Source: Shigella phage ESh6
Sequence record: ON528719
DNA length: 39,381 bases
Reading direction: 5' to 3' (one strand)
Shown here: one piece after another, positions 1 through 7,335 of the stretch
How the letters are laid out: every line of letters begins with the position of its first letter
Numbering within the stretch: position 1 is the first letter of the stretch
Notes under the pieces: generated by a model
The model's input: only the letters and a program-made list of their open reading frames with translations
What the model was told of the DNA's origin: nothing
Database searches by the model: none
Translations under genes and position numbers: made by a program

Positions 1-1047
1 GCCGGAGAAGTTACTAAAGCTGCTGCTGAGGTTTCCAAGGCTGCTGCACATGTGACTACAGCTAATGGACACGCTGACCGGGCCTACACTGAGGCAAACC
101 GCTCACGCGACGAAGCCGACCGCGCGAAACGTGAGGCAGACAAGCTGGGAAATTTCAATGGATTGGCTGGTGCACTTGATAAGGTAGATGGAACCAATGT
201 GCGCTGGAAAGGAGATATTCACACTAACGGGCGCCTTTACCTTACCTCGAATGGTTTCGACTGTGGTCAGTATCAACAGTTCTTTGGTAACGTTCCTAAC
301 CGTTATTCCGTAATGGAATGGGGTGACAAAGATGGGTGGCATCTCTATTCTGAGCGACAAACTGAGGGTGGTACTCCTACGTTGAACCTTAGAGGCCACA
401 TGACAGCAAATGGTAATGTGCGTGCTGCTGGTAACTCCTACGCAAATAACCTATTTGAGATTGACCGAGAGCAAAATTGGCCCGGTCGTGGCGCATTTGC
501 TAACCAGTATGCGGACAGGGCTGCTCCATTTACCAAGACTGGTCGCTTTCAGGCACCAAACGGTTACAGTGAGTATTACCCAATCGTTAAGGCGTTCGTT
601 GAAACACAAGGTCACGGGTATGGTACTGTTGCTACCTTTGGTATGCTGACCTCTGGCGGCGGTAGGTTTGCTAACGGGTGTGTCCATGTTATTGGGGACA
701 ATGGTACTAATGGTCTCTGGCAGTTCGACCCGAACACTGGTGGTTTCCTATCGCGTGGCGACGTACATGTTGGTGATGGTGGTATCGTCTACCAGAACGG
801 TGACATCTATGGCACTGTTTGGGGAGGCCGTCCACTGTCATCATGGCTTCGTGACCAGACCGTAAACCGCATTGCTATGAGTGACGTGAACCATGCACGG
901 CTATGGAACGCTTACGGTGTCAACGATGGCGGTGGTAAGGTAATCACAGGAATCCTCAACGGTAATGCGGACGCATTGATTGATGAGTGCCAATGGCGAG
1001 TAATGCAATACGTCCGTAATGATGGGCAACGTTTCAATATTTACTGA
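1..1047 (+). CDS. 17: Tail fibre protein gp17, 3' portion (5' portion is at the window end; permuted genome)
   Basis: Frame 1 is open from nt 1 to the stop at 1047 (ORF track 52..1047 is the same frame). ...ADRAKREADKLGNFNGLAGALDKVDGTNVRWKG...GFDCGQYQQFF matches the T7 gp17 mid-region from memory; distal ~230 aa diverge. Confidence 0.85.
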   Translation, partial: AGEVTKAAAEVSKAAAHVTTANGHADRAYTEANRSRDEADRAKREADKLGNFNGLAGALDKVDGTNVRWKGDIHTNGRLYLTSNGFDCGQYQQFFGNVPNRYSVMEWGDKDGWHLYSERQTEGGTPTLNLRGHMTANGNVRAAGNSYANNLFEIDREQNWPGRGAFANQYADRAAPFTKTGRFQAPNGYSEYYPIVKAFVETQGHGYGTVATFGMLTSGGGRFANGCVHVIGDNGTNGLWQFDPNTGGFLSRGDVHVGDGGIVYQNGDIYGTVWGGRPLSSWLRDQTVNRIAMSDVNHARLWNAYGVNDGGGKVITGILNGNADALIDECQWRVMQYVRNDGQRFNIY

Positions 1048-1059
1048 TAGGAGGACGAT

Positions 1060-1587
1060 ATGGGAACTTTACGTCACTATAAGAATTTCGTAAATTACAC
1101 TCCAGAACGCACCAAAGAGAATGCGGACCTTCTAGACCACGGAGTCGGTTTCTCAAAGGACGAGAATGGAAATGACTGGTATGAGCTTCGCAAGACATTC
1201 CGCGAGGACACATGGAAACTTGTCTATGCCAAAGACGGTTCGGTAATTCAGTGTGAACAGGATGTTCAGGAGTTAGCCGTTCAGGGTTCTGCTGGTGTTG
1301 TCGAACTTGAGGAAATACCTGCTGAATACTCTCGTTATAACATGATGCAGTGGTGGTGGGACGGTGAGAAGCTCACTTGGTATCCAAGATACTTTGAGAA
1401 CCAGAAGGCCCGTCTAATCTCTATGGCATCCAAGAAGATTGAGCAATATGCTGACTTCATTGCACTTGGGGAGGAGGGATTGGAAGGTCTCCTAAACGCG
1501 TGGCGAGCCTATCGCCTTGCTGTATATAAAGTGGACCTAAGTGTTCTACCTTTTTACGATTGGCCTGAGAAGCCTGAGGACTTATAA
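1060..1587 (+). CDS. Tail fibre assembly (Tfa-like) chaperone candidate; no counterpart in canonical T7
   Basis: 175-aa ORF 12 nt after the gene 17 stop, with GGAGG RBS. C-terminus ...LLNAWRAYRLAVYKVD...DWPEKP resembles the conserved C-terminal motif of lambda/P2-type Tfa proteins (recalled). Confidence 0.5.
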   Translation: MGTLRHYKNFVNYTPERTKENADLLDHGVGFSKDENGNDWYELRKTFREDTWKLVYAKDGSVIQCEQDVQELAVQGSAGVVELEEIPAEYSRYNMMQWWWDGEKLTWYPRYFENQKARLISMASKKIEQYADFIALGEEGLEGLLNAWRAYRLAVYKVDLSVLPFYDWPEKPEDL

Positions 1588-1642
1588 CAACAACACAAGG
1601 AAAGACGTGTAGTCCACGGATGGACTCATTTGGGAGGATATA

Positions 1643-1846
1643 ATGCTGTCTTTAGATTTTAACAACGAGGTAGTGAAGGCTGCTCCGATTGTAGGGACTG
1701 GTGTAGCAGATGGTGCTGCCAGACTCTTTTGGGGACTCTCATTAAACGAGTGGTTCTATATTGCTGCTATCGCCTACACAGTGGTTCAGATTGGTGCCAA
1801 GGTAGTCGATAAGATGATTGACTGGAAGAAAGCTAATAAGGAGTGA
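1643..1846 (+). CDS. 17.5: Holin (T7 gp17.5 homolog)
   Basis: 67-aa ORF with GGAGG RBS; near-identical to T7 gp17.5 from memory (MLSLDFNNE...KVVDKMIDWKKANKE); hydrophobic core. Confidence 0.88.
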   Translation: MLSLDFNNEVVKAAPIVGTGVADGAARLFWGLSLNEWFYIAAIAYTVVQIGAKVVDKMIDWKKANKE

Positions 1847-1849
1847 CGT

Positions 1850-2119
1850 ATGGAAAAAGATAAGAGCCTTATCACGTTCTTAGAGATGTTGGACACTGCG
1901 ATGGCCCAGCGTATGCTTGCTGATTTAGCAAACGACGAGCGTCGGACCCCGCAACTCTACAACGCCATCAACAAACTGTTAGACCGCCACAAGTTCCAGA
2001 TTGGCAAGTTGCAGCCGGATGTTCACATCTTGGGTGGCCTTGCTGGTGCTCTCGAAGAGTACAAAGAGAAAGTAGGTGATAACGGTCTTACGGATGACGA
2101 TATTTACACTTTACAGTGA
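1850..2119 (+). CDS. 18: DNA maturation/packaging protein A, small terminase (gp18)
   Basis: 89-aa ORF, same length and position as T7 gp18, directly after the holin gene. Confidence 0.85.
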   Translation: MEKDKSLITFLEMLDTAMAQRMLADLANDERRTPQLYNAINKLLDRHKFQIGKLQPDVHILGGLAGALEEYKEKVGDNGLTDDDIYTLQ

Positions 2120-2120
2120 T

Positions 2121-2150
2121 ATACTCAAGGTCTCCTACGGGTGGCCTTTA
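2121..2150 (+). other. RNase III processing hairpin (R18.5-like)
   Basis: 'actcaaggtctcctacgggtggccttta' shares the 'aaggtc...gtggcctt' imperfect hairpin motif seen at other intergenic sites in this window. Confidence 0.5.
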
Positions 2151-2211
2151 TGGATGTCATTGTCTATACGAGATGCTCCTATGTGAAATCTGAAAATTAA
2201 CGGGAGGCATT

Positions 2212-2655
2212 ATGCTTGAATTTTTACGTAAGCTAGTCCCTTGGGTTCTCGCTGGGATGCTATTCGGATGGGGATGGCAACTTGGGGAAGACTCCATGGA
2301 CGCTAAGTGGAAGCAGGAGGTACAGAATGAGTACGTCAAGAGAGTTGAGGCTACGGCAAGCACTCAAAGAGCAATCAATGAAATATCGGCTAAGTATCAA
2401 GAAGACCTTGCCGCGCTGGAAGGGAGCACTGATAGGATTATTTCTGATTTGCGTAGCGACAATAAGCGGCTGCGTGTCAGAGTCAAAACTACCGGAACCT
2501 CCGATGGTCAGTGTGGATTCGAGCCTGATGGTCGAGCCGAACTTGACGACCGAGATGCTAAGCGTATTATCGCAGTGACCCAGAAGGGTGACGCATGGAT
2601 TCGTGCGTTACAGGATACTATTCGTGAACTGCAACGCAAGCAGGAAATCAAGTAA
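2212..2655 (+). CDS. 18.5: Rz-like i-spanin (gp18.5)
   Basis: 147-aa ORF with GGGAGG RBS; N-terminal hydrophobic segment then charged coiled-coil-like region; position matches T7 18.5. Confidence 0.8.
   Translation: MLEFLRKLVPWVLAGMLFGWGWQLGEDSMDAKWKQEVQNEYVKRVEATASTQRAINEISAKYQEDLAALEGSTDRIISDLRSDNKRLRVRVKTTGTSDGQCGFEPDGRAELDDRDAKRIIAVTQKGDAWIRALQDTIRELQRKQEIK
2327..2578 (+). CDS. 18.7: Rz1-like o-spanin lipoprotein (gp18.7), embedded in 18.5 in the +1 frame
   Basis: ATG at 2327 preceded by 'gcaggagg'; 83 aa with lipobox-like LICVATISGC and Pro-rich tail. The ORF track's TTG start at 2282 is the same frame. Confidence 0.7.
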   Translation: MSTSRELRLRQALKEQSMKYRLSIKKTLPRWKGALIGLFLICVATISGCVSESKLPEPPMVSVDSSLMVEPNLTTEMLSVLSQ

Positions 2656-2664
2656 GGAGGCAAC

Positions 2665-4425
2665 GTGTCTACTCAATCCAATCGTAATGCGCTCGTTGTG
2701 GCGCAACTGAAAGGTGACTTCGTGGCGTTCCTGTTCGTCTTATGGAAGGCGTTAAACCTTCCTGTACCTACTAAGTGCCAGATAGATATGGCTAAGGTAC
2801 TGGCGAACGGGGACAACAAGAAGTTCATCCTACAGGCTTTCCGTGGTATCGGTAAGTCGTTCATCACTTGTGCGTTCGTTGTGTGGTCCTTATGGCGGGA
2901 CCCTCAGTTGAAGATACTTATCGTATCAGCTTCTAAAGAACGTGCAGACGCTAACTCCATATTCATCAAGAACATCATTGACCTGCTACCGTTTCTCAGT
3001 GAGTTGAAGCCGAGACCCGGACAGCGTGACTCTGTGATTAGCTTTGATGTTGGTCCTGCTAGTCCTGACCACTCTCCTAGTGTGAAATCAGTAGGTATCA
3101 CTGGTCAGTTAACTGGTAGTCGTGCTGATATTATCATCGCGGATGACGTTGAGATTCCGTCTAACAGTGCGACTATGGGTGCCCGTGAGAAACTATGGAC
3201 TCTAGTTCAGGAGTTCGCTGCGCTTCTTAAACCTCTGCCTACATCTCGTGTTATCTACCTTGGTACTCCTCAGACTGAGATGACTCTGTATAAGGAGCTT
3301 GAGGATAACCGTGGGTATACGACTATTATCTGGCCTGCTCTGTACCCAAGGACTCGTGAGGAGAACCTCTACTACTCTCAACGTCTGGCACCAATGCTCC
3401 GTGCGGAGTACGAGGAGAATCCTGAGGCACTGGCTGGGACTCCTACAGACCCTGTTCGATTCGACCGAGACGACCTACGTGAGCGTGAGTTGGAATACGG
3501 TAAGGCTGGCTTTACGTTACAGTTCATGCTTAACCCGAACCTGAGTGATGCCGAGAAGTACCCTCTGAGGCTCCGTGACGCTATCATAGCGGCCTTAGAC
3601 TTAGAGAAGGCACCAATGCATTACCAATGGCTTCCGAACCGTCAGAACATCATTGAGGACCTTCCTAACGTTGGCCTTAAGGGTGATGACCTGTATACAT
3701 ACCACGACTGCTCCAACAACTCTGGTCAGTACCAACAGAAGATTCTGGTCATTGACCCTAGTGGTCGCGGTAAGGATGAAACAGGTTACGCTGTACTGTA
3801 CACCCTCAACGGTTACATCTACCTAATGGAAGCTGGAGGTTTCCGTGATGGTTACTCCGATAAGACCCTTGAGCTACTCGCTAAGAAGGCCAAGCAATGG
3901 GGAGTCCAGACGGTTGTCTACGAGAGTAACTTCGGTGACGGTATGTTTGGTAAGGTGTTCAGTCCTATCCTTCTTAAACACCACAACTGCGCTATGGAAG
4001 AGATTCGTGCTCGTGGTATGAAGGAGATGCGTATTTGTGATACCCTTGAGCCAGTCATGCAGACTCACCGCCTTGTCATTCGAGATGAGGTCATTCGGGC
4101 AGACTACCAGTCCGCTCGTGACGTAGACGGTAAGCATGACGTTAAGTACTCACTGTTCTACCAGATGACCCGTATCACCCGTGAGAAAGGTGCTCTGGCT
4201 CATGATGACCGATTGGATGCTCTTGCGCTAGGCGTTGAGTATCTCCGTGAGTCCATGAAATTGGATTCCGTTAAGGTAGAGGGTGAGGTACTTTCAGACT
4301 TCCTTGAGGAACACATGATGCGACCTACAGTGTCTGCTGCCCACATCATTGAGATGTCTGTAGGAGGAGTTGATGTGTACTCTGAGGACGATGAGGGATA
4401 CGGTACGTCTTTCATTGAGTGGTGA
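2665..4425 (+). CDS. 19: Terminase large subunit / DNA maturation protein B (gp19)
   Basis: 586-aa ORF, same length as T7 gp19 and near-identical from memory; GTG start at 2665 after 'aaggagg'; Walker A-like GIGKS. Confidence 0.95.
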   Translation: MSTQSNRNALVVAQLKGDFVAFLFVLWKALNLPVPTKCQIDMAKVLANGDNKKFILQAFRGIGKSFITCAFVVWSLWRDPQLKILIVSASKERADANSIFIKNIIDLLPFLSELKPRPGQRDSVISFDVGPASPDHSPSVKSVGITGQLTGSRADIIIADDVEIPSNSATMGAREKLWTLVQEFAALLKPLPTSRVIYLGTPQTEMTLYKELEDNRGYTTIIWPALYPRTREENLYYSQRLAPMLRAEYEENPEALAGTPTDPVRFDRDDLRERELEYGKAGFTLQFMLNPNLSDAEKYPLRLRDAIIAALDLEKAPMHYQWLPNRQNIIEDLPNVGLKGDDLYTYHDCSNNSGQYQQKILVIDPSGRGKDETGYAVLYTLNGYIYLMEAGGFRDGYSDKTLELLAKKAKQWGVQTVVYESNFGDGMFGKVFSPILLKHHNCAMEEIRARGMKEMRICDTLEPVMQTHRLVIRDEVIRADYQSARDVDGKHDVKYSLFYQMTRITREKGALAHDDRLDALALGVEYLRESMKLDSVKVEGEVLSDFLEEHMMRPTVSAAHIIEMSVGGVDVYSEDDEGYGTSFIEW

Positions 4426-4462
4426 TTTATGAGGCCAAGGAAGGCCACTTTAAGGAGGTAAT

Positions 4463-4906
4463 ATGATAAACAAGAAGAAGTATGTTGTTGATAAGGAGAC
4501 TGGTTGCTGGAACTTTAAGGGATGCAAGACGAAGACTGGCTATGGTCGCATTCGTGTAAATGGAGTCCATTGGATGGCCCACAGGTATTCCCTGAGTTGT
4601 CATCTAGGCAGACCGATAGCTGACGGAATGGTTGTGATGCACCTGTGTGATAACCCTTCATGTGTTAACCCTGAGCACCTTAAGGAAGGGACTCAGAAGG
4701 AAAACATAGAGGACTGCATCTCAAAAGGTCGCGCAACTAAGGCCACAGGTAAACGTGATGCGTCTAAGAGAGACCCTAGCGAGGAACGTAAGGCTATAGT
4801 GATTCGTAGATACCATAAAGGCTGGACCGCAACGTCCATAGCGAGATACCATAAGCTCTCTGTGGCTTGGGTCAAGAGGACCATTGAGGAGTACCTAAGT
4901 GATTGA
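4463..4906 (+). CDS. HNH homing endonuclease (free-standing), inserted relative to T7
   Basis: 147-aa ORF with 'aaggagg' RBS. Cys/His-rich N-terminus and HNH core MHLCDNPSCVNPEHL; paralogous to the gene 7.7 ORF at 23823..24224. Confidence 0.8.
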   Translation: MINKKKYVVDKETGCWNFKGCKTKTGYGRIRVNGVHWMAHRYSLSCHLGRPIADGMVVMHLCDNPSCVNPEHLKEGTQKENIEDCISKGRATKATGKRDASKRDPSEERKAIVIRRYHKGWTATSIARYHKLSVAWVKRTIEEYLSD

Positions 4907-4957
4907 TATTTGAAATTAGTGATACAGGTCTAAGTATATGATTACAGACCATTATTC

Positions 4958-4980
4958 TAATTCGACTCACTATAGGGAGA
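4958..4980 (+). promoter_or_regulatory. T7 RNAP promoter phiOR (right-origin promoter)
   Basis: 'taattcgactcactatagggaga' matches the 23-bp T7 consensus except T at -13; lies between gene 19 and 19.5. Confidence 0.8.
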
Positions 4981-5066
4981 AGCCTACCTAAAGATTACTA
5001 TAAGACTTAAAGTGGCTATAAGGTAGGTTGTTATTATTAATACAACCAACATAAAGGAGGAGACTC

Positions 5067-5216
5067 ATGTTCCGCTTATTGTTGAACCTACTGCGGCATA
5101 GAGTCACCTATCGCTTTCTTGTGGTACTTTGTGCTGCCCTTGGGTACGCATCGCTTAGTGGAGACCTCGGTTCACTGGAGTCTACCGTTTGCTCTTTACT
5201 CACTTGTAGTGATTAA
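5067..5216 (+). CDS. 19.5: gp19.5 homolog (small hydrophobic protein)
   Basis: 49-codon ORF (below the ORF-track cutoff) after 'aaggagg'; MFRLLLNLLRHRVTYRFLVVLCAALGYASLSGDLGSLESTVCSLLTCSD matches T7 gp19.5 from memory. Confidence 0.7.
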   Translation: MFRLLLNLLRHRVTYRFLVVLCAALGYASLSGDLGSLESTVCSLLTCSD

Positions 5217-5289
5217 GGTCTTCCTGACCGACTGACGGCTCACCGAGGGATTCAGCGGTATGATTGCATCACACCACTTCATCCCTATA

Positions 5290-5790
5290 GAGTCAAGTCC
5301 TAAGGTATACCCATAAAGAGCCTCTAATGGTCTATCCTAAGGTCTATACCTAAAGATAGGCCATCCCATCGGTGATGCCTAAAGAGTTGCTTAGAGAGGG
5401 CCTAAGGAGTCCCTAGAGGGTCCTTTAAAATATACCATAAAAATCTGAGTGACTATCTCACAGTGTAAGCGCCCAAAGTTCCCCCCATAGGGGTCCCTAA
5501 AGTCACTCCTTTGGAGTGCCGGACCTTGAGGTGGCCTTGAGGTGGGGCCTGAGGTGGACCGAAGAGGGTCCTAATGTTACCGTTGGGAGTGTCTCCTTGT
5601 CCCTATCTGTTCAACCTCCTAAAGTCACCTCCTAAAGTTCACCATCAAGACAACACCAAAAGAATAACCTTAAAGACTCACCAAGTCAATCCCTATCTTA
5701 AAGTTTTCCCAAAGACCAGACCCAAAGACCAGACCCAAAGCTGCCCCGTTGTTACCTATAAAGAGATGACCAATAATCATTGTCTTTAAT
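5290..5790 (+). repeat. Short dispersed 'cctaaag / ccaaagaccaga' repeats typical of T7-type genome-end regions
   Basis: Multiple copies of ccTAAAG-like heptamers (e.g. 'cctcctaaagtcacctcctaaagttcacc') and tandem 'cccaaagaccagacccaaagaccagacccaaag'. Confidence 0.6.
5456..5615 (+). repeat. Direct terminal repeat, single collapsed copy; predicted physical genome left end at ~5456
   Basis: 'tctcacagtgta...gttccccccatagggg' matches the first bases of the T7 left end (recalled); the 240 bp between 19.5 and this point equals T7 spacing. Right boundary approximate. Confidence 0.5.
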
Positions 5791-5809
5791 TCGACTCACT
5801 ATAGAGAGA
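5787..5809 (+). promoter_or_regulatory. T7 RNAP promoter phiOL-like (left origin)
   Basis: 'taattcgactcactatagagaga': consensus -17 to +1 except T at -13, A at +2; located upstream of the host promoters as in T7. Confidence 0.7.
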
Positions 5810-5866
5810 GAGACTACTTAAAGAGGGCCAAAGAGAGAGATTAATCAAAATAATTTTAAAAGAGTG

Positions 5867-5895
5867 TTGACTTAAAGAGTCCTAGGGGATATTAT
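5867..5895 (+). promoter_or_regulatory. Host sigma70 early promoter A1
   Basis: -35 TTGACT (5867-5872), 17-bp spacer, -10 TATTAT (5890-5895); context 'aaaagagtgttgacttaaag' matches T7 A1. Confidence 0.7.
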
Positions 5896-5994
5896 TCATC
5901 TCGTCAACGGGACAACGGCCTAAAAGCCACTCCCTGAGATACCGGGGTCAACCGGATAAGTAGACAGCCTGATAAGTCATACGAAAAACAGGCA

Positions 5995-6024
5995 TTGACA
6001 ACACGAAGTAACATGCAGTAAGAT
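5995..6024 (+). promoter_or_regulatory. Host sigma70 early promoter A2
   Basis: -35 TTGACA (5995-6000), 18-bp spacer, -10 TAAGAT (6019-6024); near-identical to T7 A2. Confidence 0.75.
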
Positions 6025-6100
6025 ACACAGCGTCAACATGGTAGCACGGTGTCTTCTAGGTGACTTAAGCGCACCACGGCACACAAAGCGAAACAAACGG

Positions 6101-6129
6101 TTGACAACATGCAGTAAACACGGTACGAT
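6101..6129 (+). promoter_or_regulatory. Host sigma70 early promoter A3
   Basis: -35 TTGACA (6101-6106), 17-bp spacer, -10 TACGAT (6124-6129); near-identical to T7 A3. Confidence 0.75.
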
Positions 6130-6247
6130 GTACCGCAAGTAGTAAGGGTGTAGGGATAGGAACCGAGAAACCTGCCCGTGACCCGCCAAGGATAAGGCAC
6201 TAGCCATGAGTCGAATTCGGTCACTCATCGCATAAAAGAATAACAGG

Positions 6248-6276
6248 TTGACAGCCTCCTTTAAAAGCTGTAAGAT
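6248..6276 (+). promoter_or_regulatory. Additional sigma70-type promoter (fourth early promoter; not in canonical T7)
   Basis: -35 TTGACA (6248-6253), 17-bp spacer, -10 TAAGAT (6271-6276); sits on ~170 bp of extra sequence between A3 and the R0.3 hairpin. Confidence 0.5.
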
Positions 6277-6299
6277 GTACCACGAAATGACGGAACAGT

Positions 6300-6345
6300 G
6301 AGTCACCACACTGAAAGGTGATGCGGTCTAACGAAACCTGACCAA
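6300..6345 (+). other. RNase III site R0.3-like hairpin
   Basis: 'gagtcaccacactgaaaggtgatgcggtctaacgaaacctgacc' (tcacc/ggtga stem), identical to the T7 R0.3 region from memory. Confidence 0.55.
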
Positions 6346-6463
6346 AGACGCTCTTTAACAATCTGGTAAACGGCTCTTGAGTGTACACACGTAGCGGATA
6401 ACTCAAGGGTATCGCAAGATGCCCTTTATGATATCCACTAACAACACTATGAGGTAACACACA

Positions 6464-6826
6464 ATGGCTATGTCTAACATGACTTATAACAACGTTTTCG
6501 ATCACGCTTACGAAATGCTGAAAGAAAACATCCGTTATGATGACATCCGTGACGCTGATGATCTGCACGATGCAGTGCATATGGCAGCTGATAATGCCGT
6601 TCCGCACTATTACAGCGACATTTTCAGCGTAATGGCAAGCGAGGGCATTGACCTTGAGTTCGAAGACTCTGGTCTGATGCCGGACACCAAGGACGTAATC
6701 CGTATCCTGCAAGCACGTATCTATGAGCAATTAACGATCGACCTTTGGGAAGACGCTGAAGATTTGCTGAACGAGTATCTTGAGGAAGTCGAAGAGTCTG
6801 AAGAGTACGAAGAGGGTGAAGAGTAA
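6464..6826 (+). CDS. 0.3: Ocr, DNA-mimic anti-restriction protein (gp0.3)
   Basis: 120-aa ORF; [30 protein letters not shown]... near-identical to T7 Ocr; highly acidic C-terminus. Confidence 0.92.
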   Translation: MAMSNMTYNNVFDHAYEMLKENIRYDDIRDADDLHDAVHMAADNAVPHYYSDIFSVMASEGIDLEFEDSGLMPDTKDVIRILQARIYEQLTIDLWEDAEDLLNEYLEEVEESEEYEEGEE

Positions 6827-6981
6827 TGGCTAATAACACCACGCAATACGGTCTGACCGCTCAAACTGTACTGTTTTATAGTGACATGGTGCGCTGTGGC
6901 TTTGATTGGTCGCTCGCAATGGAACACCTTAAGGAACTGTACGAAAACAACAAGGCAATAGCCTTGGAGTCTGCTGAGTGA
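6826..6981 (+). CDS. 0.4: gp0.4 homolog (reported FtsZ inhibitor in T7)
   Basis: 51-aa ORF, ATG overlapping the ocr stop (TAATG); ...QYGLTAQTVLFYSDMVRCGF.WSLAM..LKELYENNKAIALESAE matches T7 gp0.4 from memory. Confidence 0.7.
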   Translation: MANNTTQYGLTAQTVLFYSDMVRCGFDWSLAMEHLKELYENNKAIALESAE

Positions 6982-7041
6982 TAGGCTCAAGGTCGCTCAA
7001 TATGAGTGGCCTTTATGATTATCACTTTACTTACGGGAGTA

Positions 7042-7176
7042 ATGTATATGCTTACTATCGGTCTACTCACCGCTCTGGGTCTAGCTGTAGGCGCATCCTT
7101 TGGGAAGTCTTTGGGTGTAGCTGTAGGCTCTTACTTGGTCGCTTGTATGATCACGGGAGCACTGCGCAAATGCTGA
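7042..7176 (+). CDS. 0.5: gp0.5 homolog, small hydrophobic peptide
   Basis: 44-codon ORF MYMLTIGLLTALGLAVGASFGK... preceded by 'gggag'; matches the T7 gp0.5 N-terminus from memory. Confidence 0.55.
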   Translation: MYMLTIGLLTALGLAVGASFGKSLGVAVGSYLVACMITGALRKC

Positions 7177-7307
7177 AATACTACGTTATGCCTATCCACA
7201 CCAAGAACGGCGCTACAGTTTGCACACCTGATGGCTTCGCAATGAAACAACGTATCGAACGCCTTAAGCGTGAACTGCGCATCAACCGCAAGCTCAACAA
7301 TATCTAA
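7170..7307 (+). CDS. 0.6: gp0.6 homolog
   Basis: ATG at 7170 within ORF-track 6978..7307; ...KYYVMPIHTKNGATVCTPDGFAMKQRIERLKRELRINRK matches T7 gp0.6A from memory. The upstream part of the tracked ORF is probably not translated. Confidence 0.55.
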   Translation: MLKYYVMPIHTKNGATVCTPDGFAMKQRIERLKRELRINRKLNNI

Positions 7308-7335
7308 TCACATTTAACACTGGAGAACGCACAAA

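Noticed and set aside
2282-2326. TTG-initiated N-terminal extension of the embedded 18.7 ORF
   Set aside because: The ATG at 2327 has a proper RBS and gives the 83-aa lipoprotein expected for an Rz1-type o-spanin; the extension is likely an ORF-caller artefact.
3700-4425. Embedded genes 19.2/19.3 inside the terminase gene, as annotated in T7
   Set aside because: Could not identify convincing start sites or conserved products by eye; left unannotated rather than guessed.
5290-5760. Possible CRISPR-like array suggested by repeated 'cctaaag' units
   Set aside because: Repeats are 7-13 nt, irregularly spaced and degenerate, with no uniform repeat-spacer architecture; they match the short repeats characteristic of T7-type genome ends.
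5574-5789. 71-aa + strand ORF in the genome-end region
   Set aside because: Lies in the non-coding terminal repeat / short-repeat region upstream of phiOL; no RBS; low-complexity translation driven by the ccTAAAG repeats.
6206-6228. Palindrome containing GAATTC, considered as a possible restriction-site relic or terminator
   Set aside because: No following U-run, so unlikely to be an intrinsic terminator; a single 6-bp site is not informative alone. Kept only as part of the early-leader insertion finding.
6978-7169. Upstream part of ORF-track entry 6978..7307
   Set aside because: Only the 3' portion from ATG 7170 resembles T7 gp0.6; the upstream part overlaps the better-supported gene 0.5 in another frame and is probably not translated.
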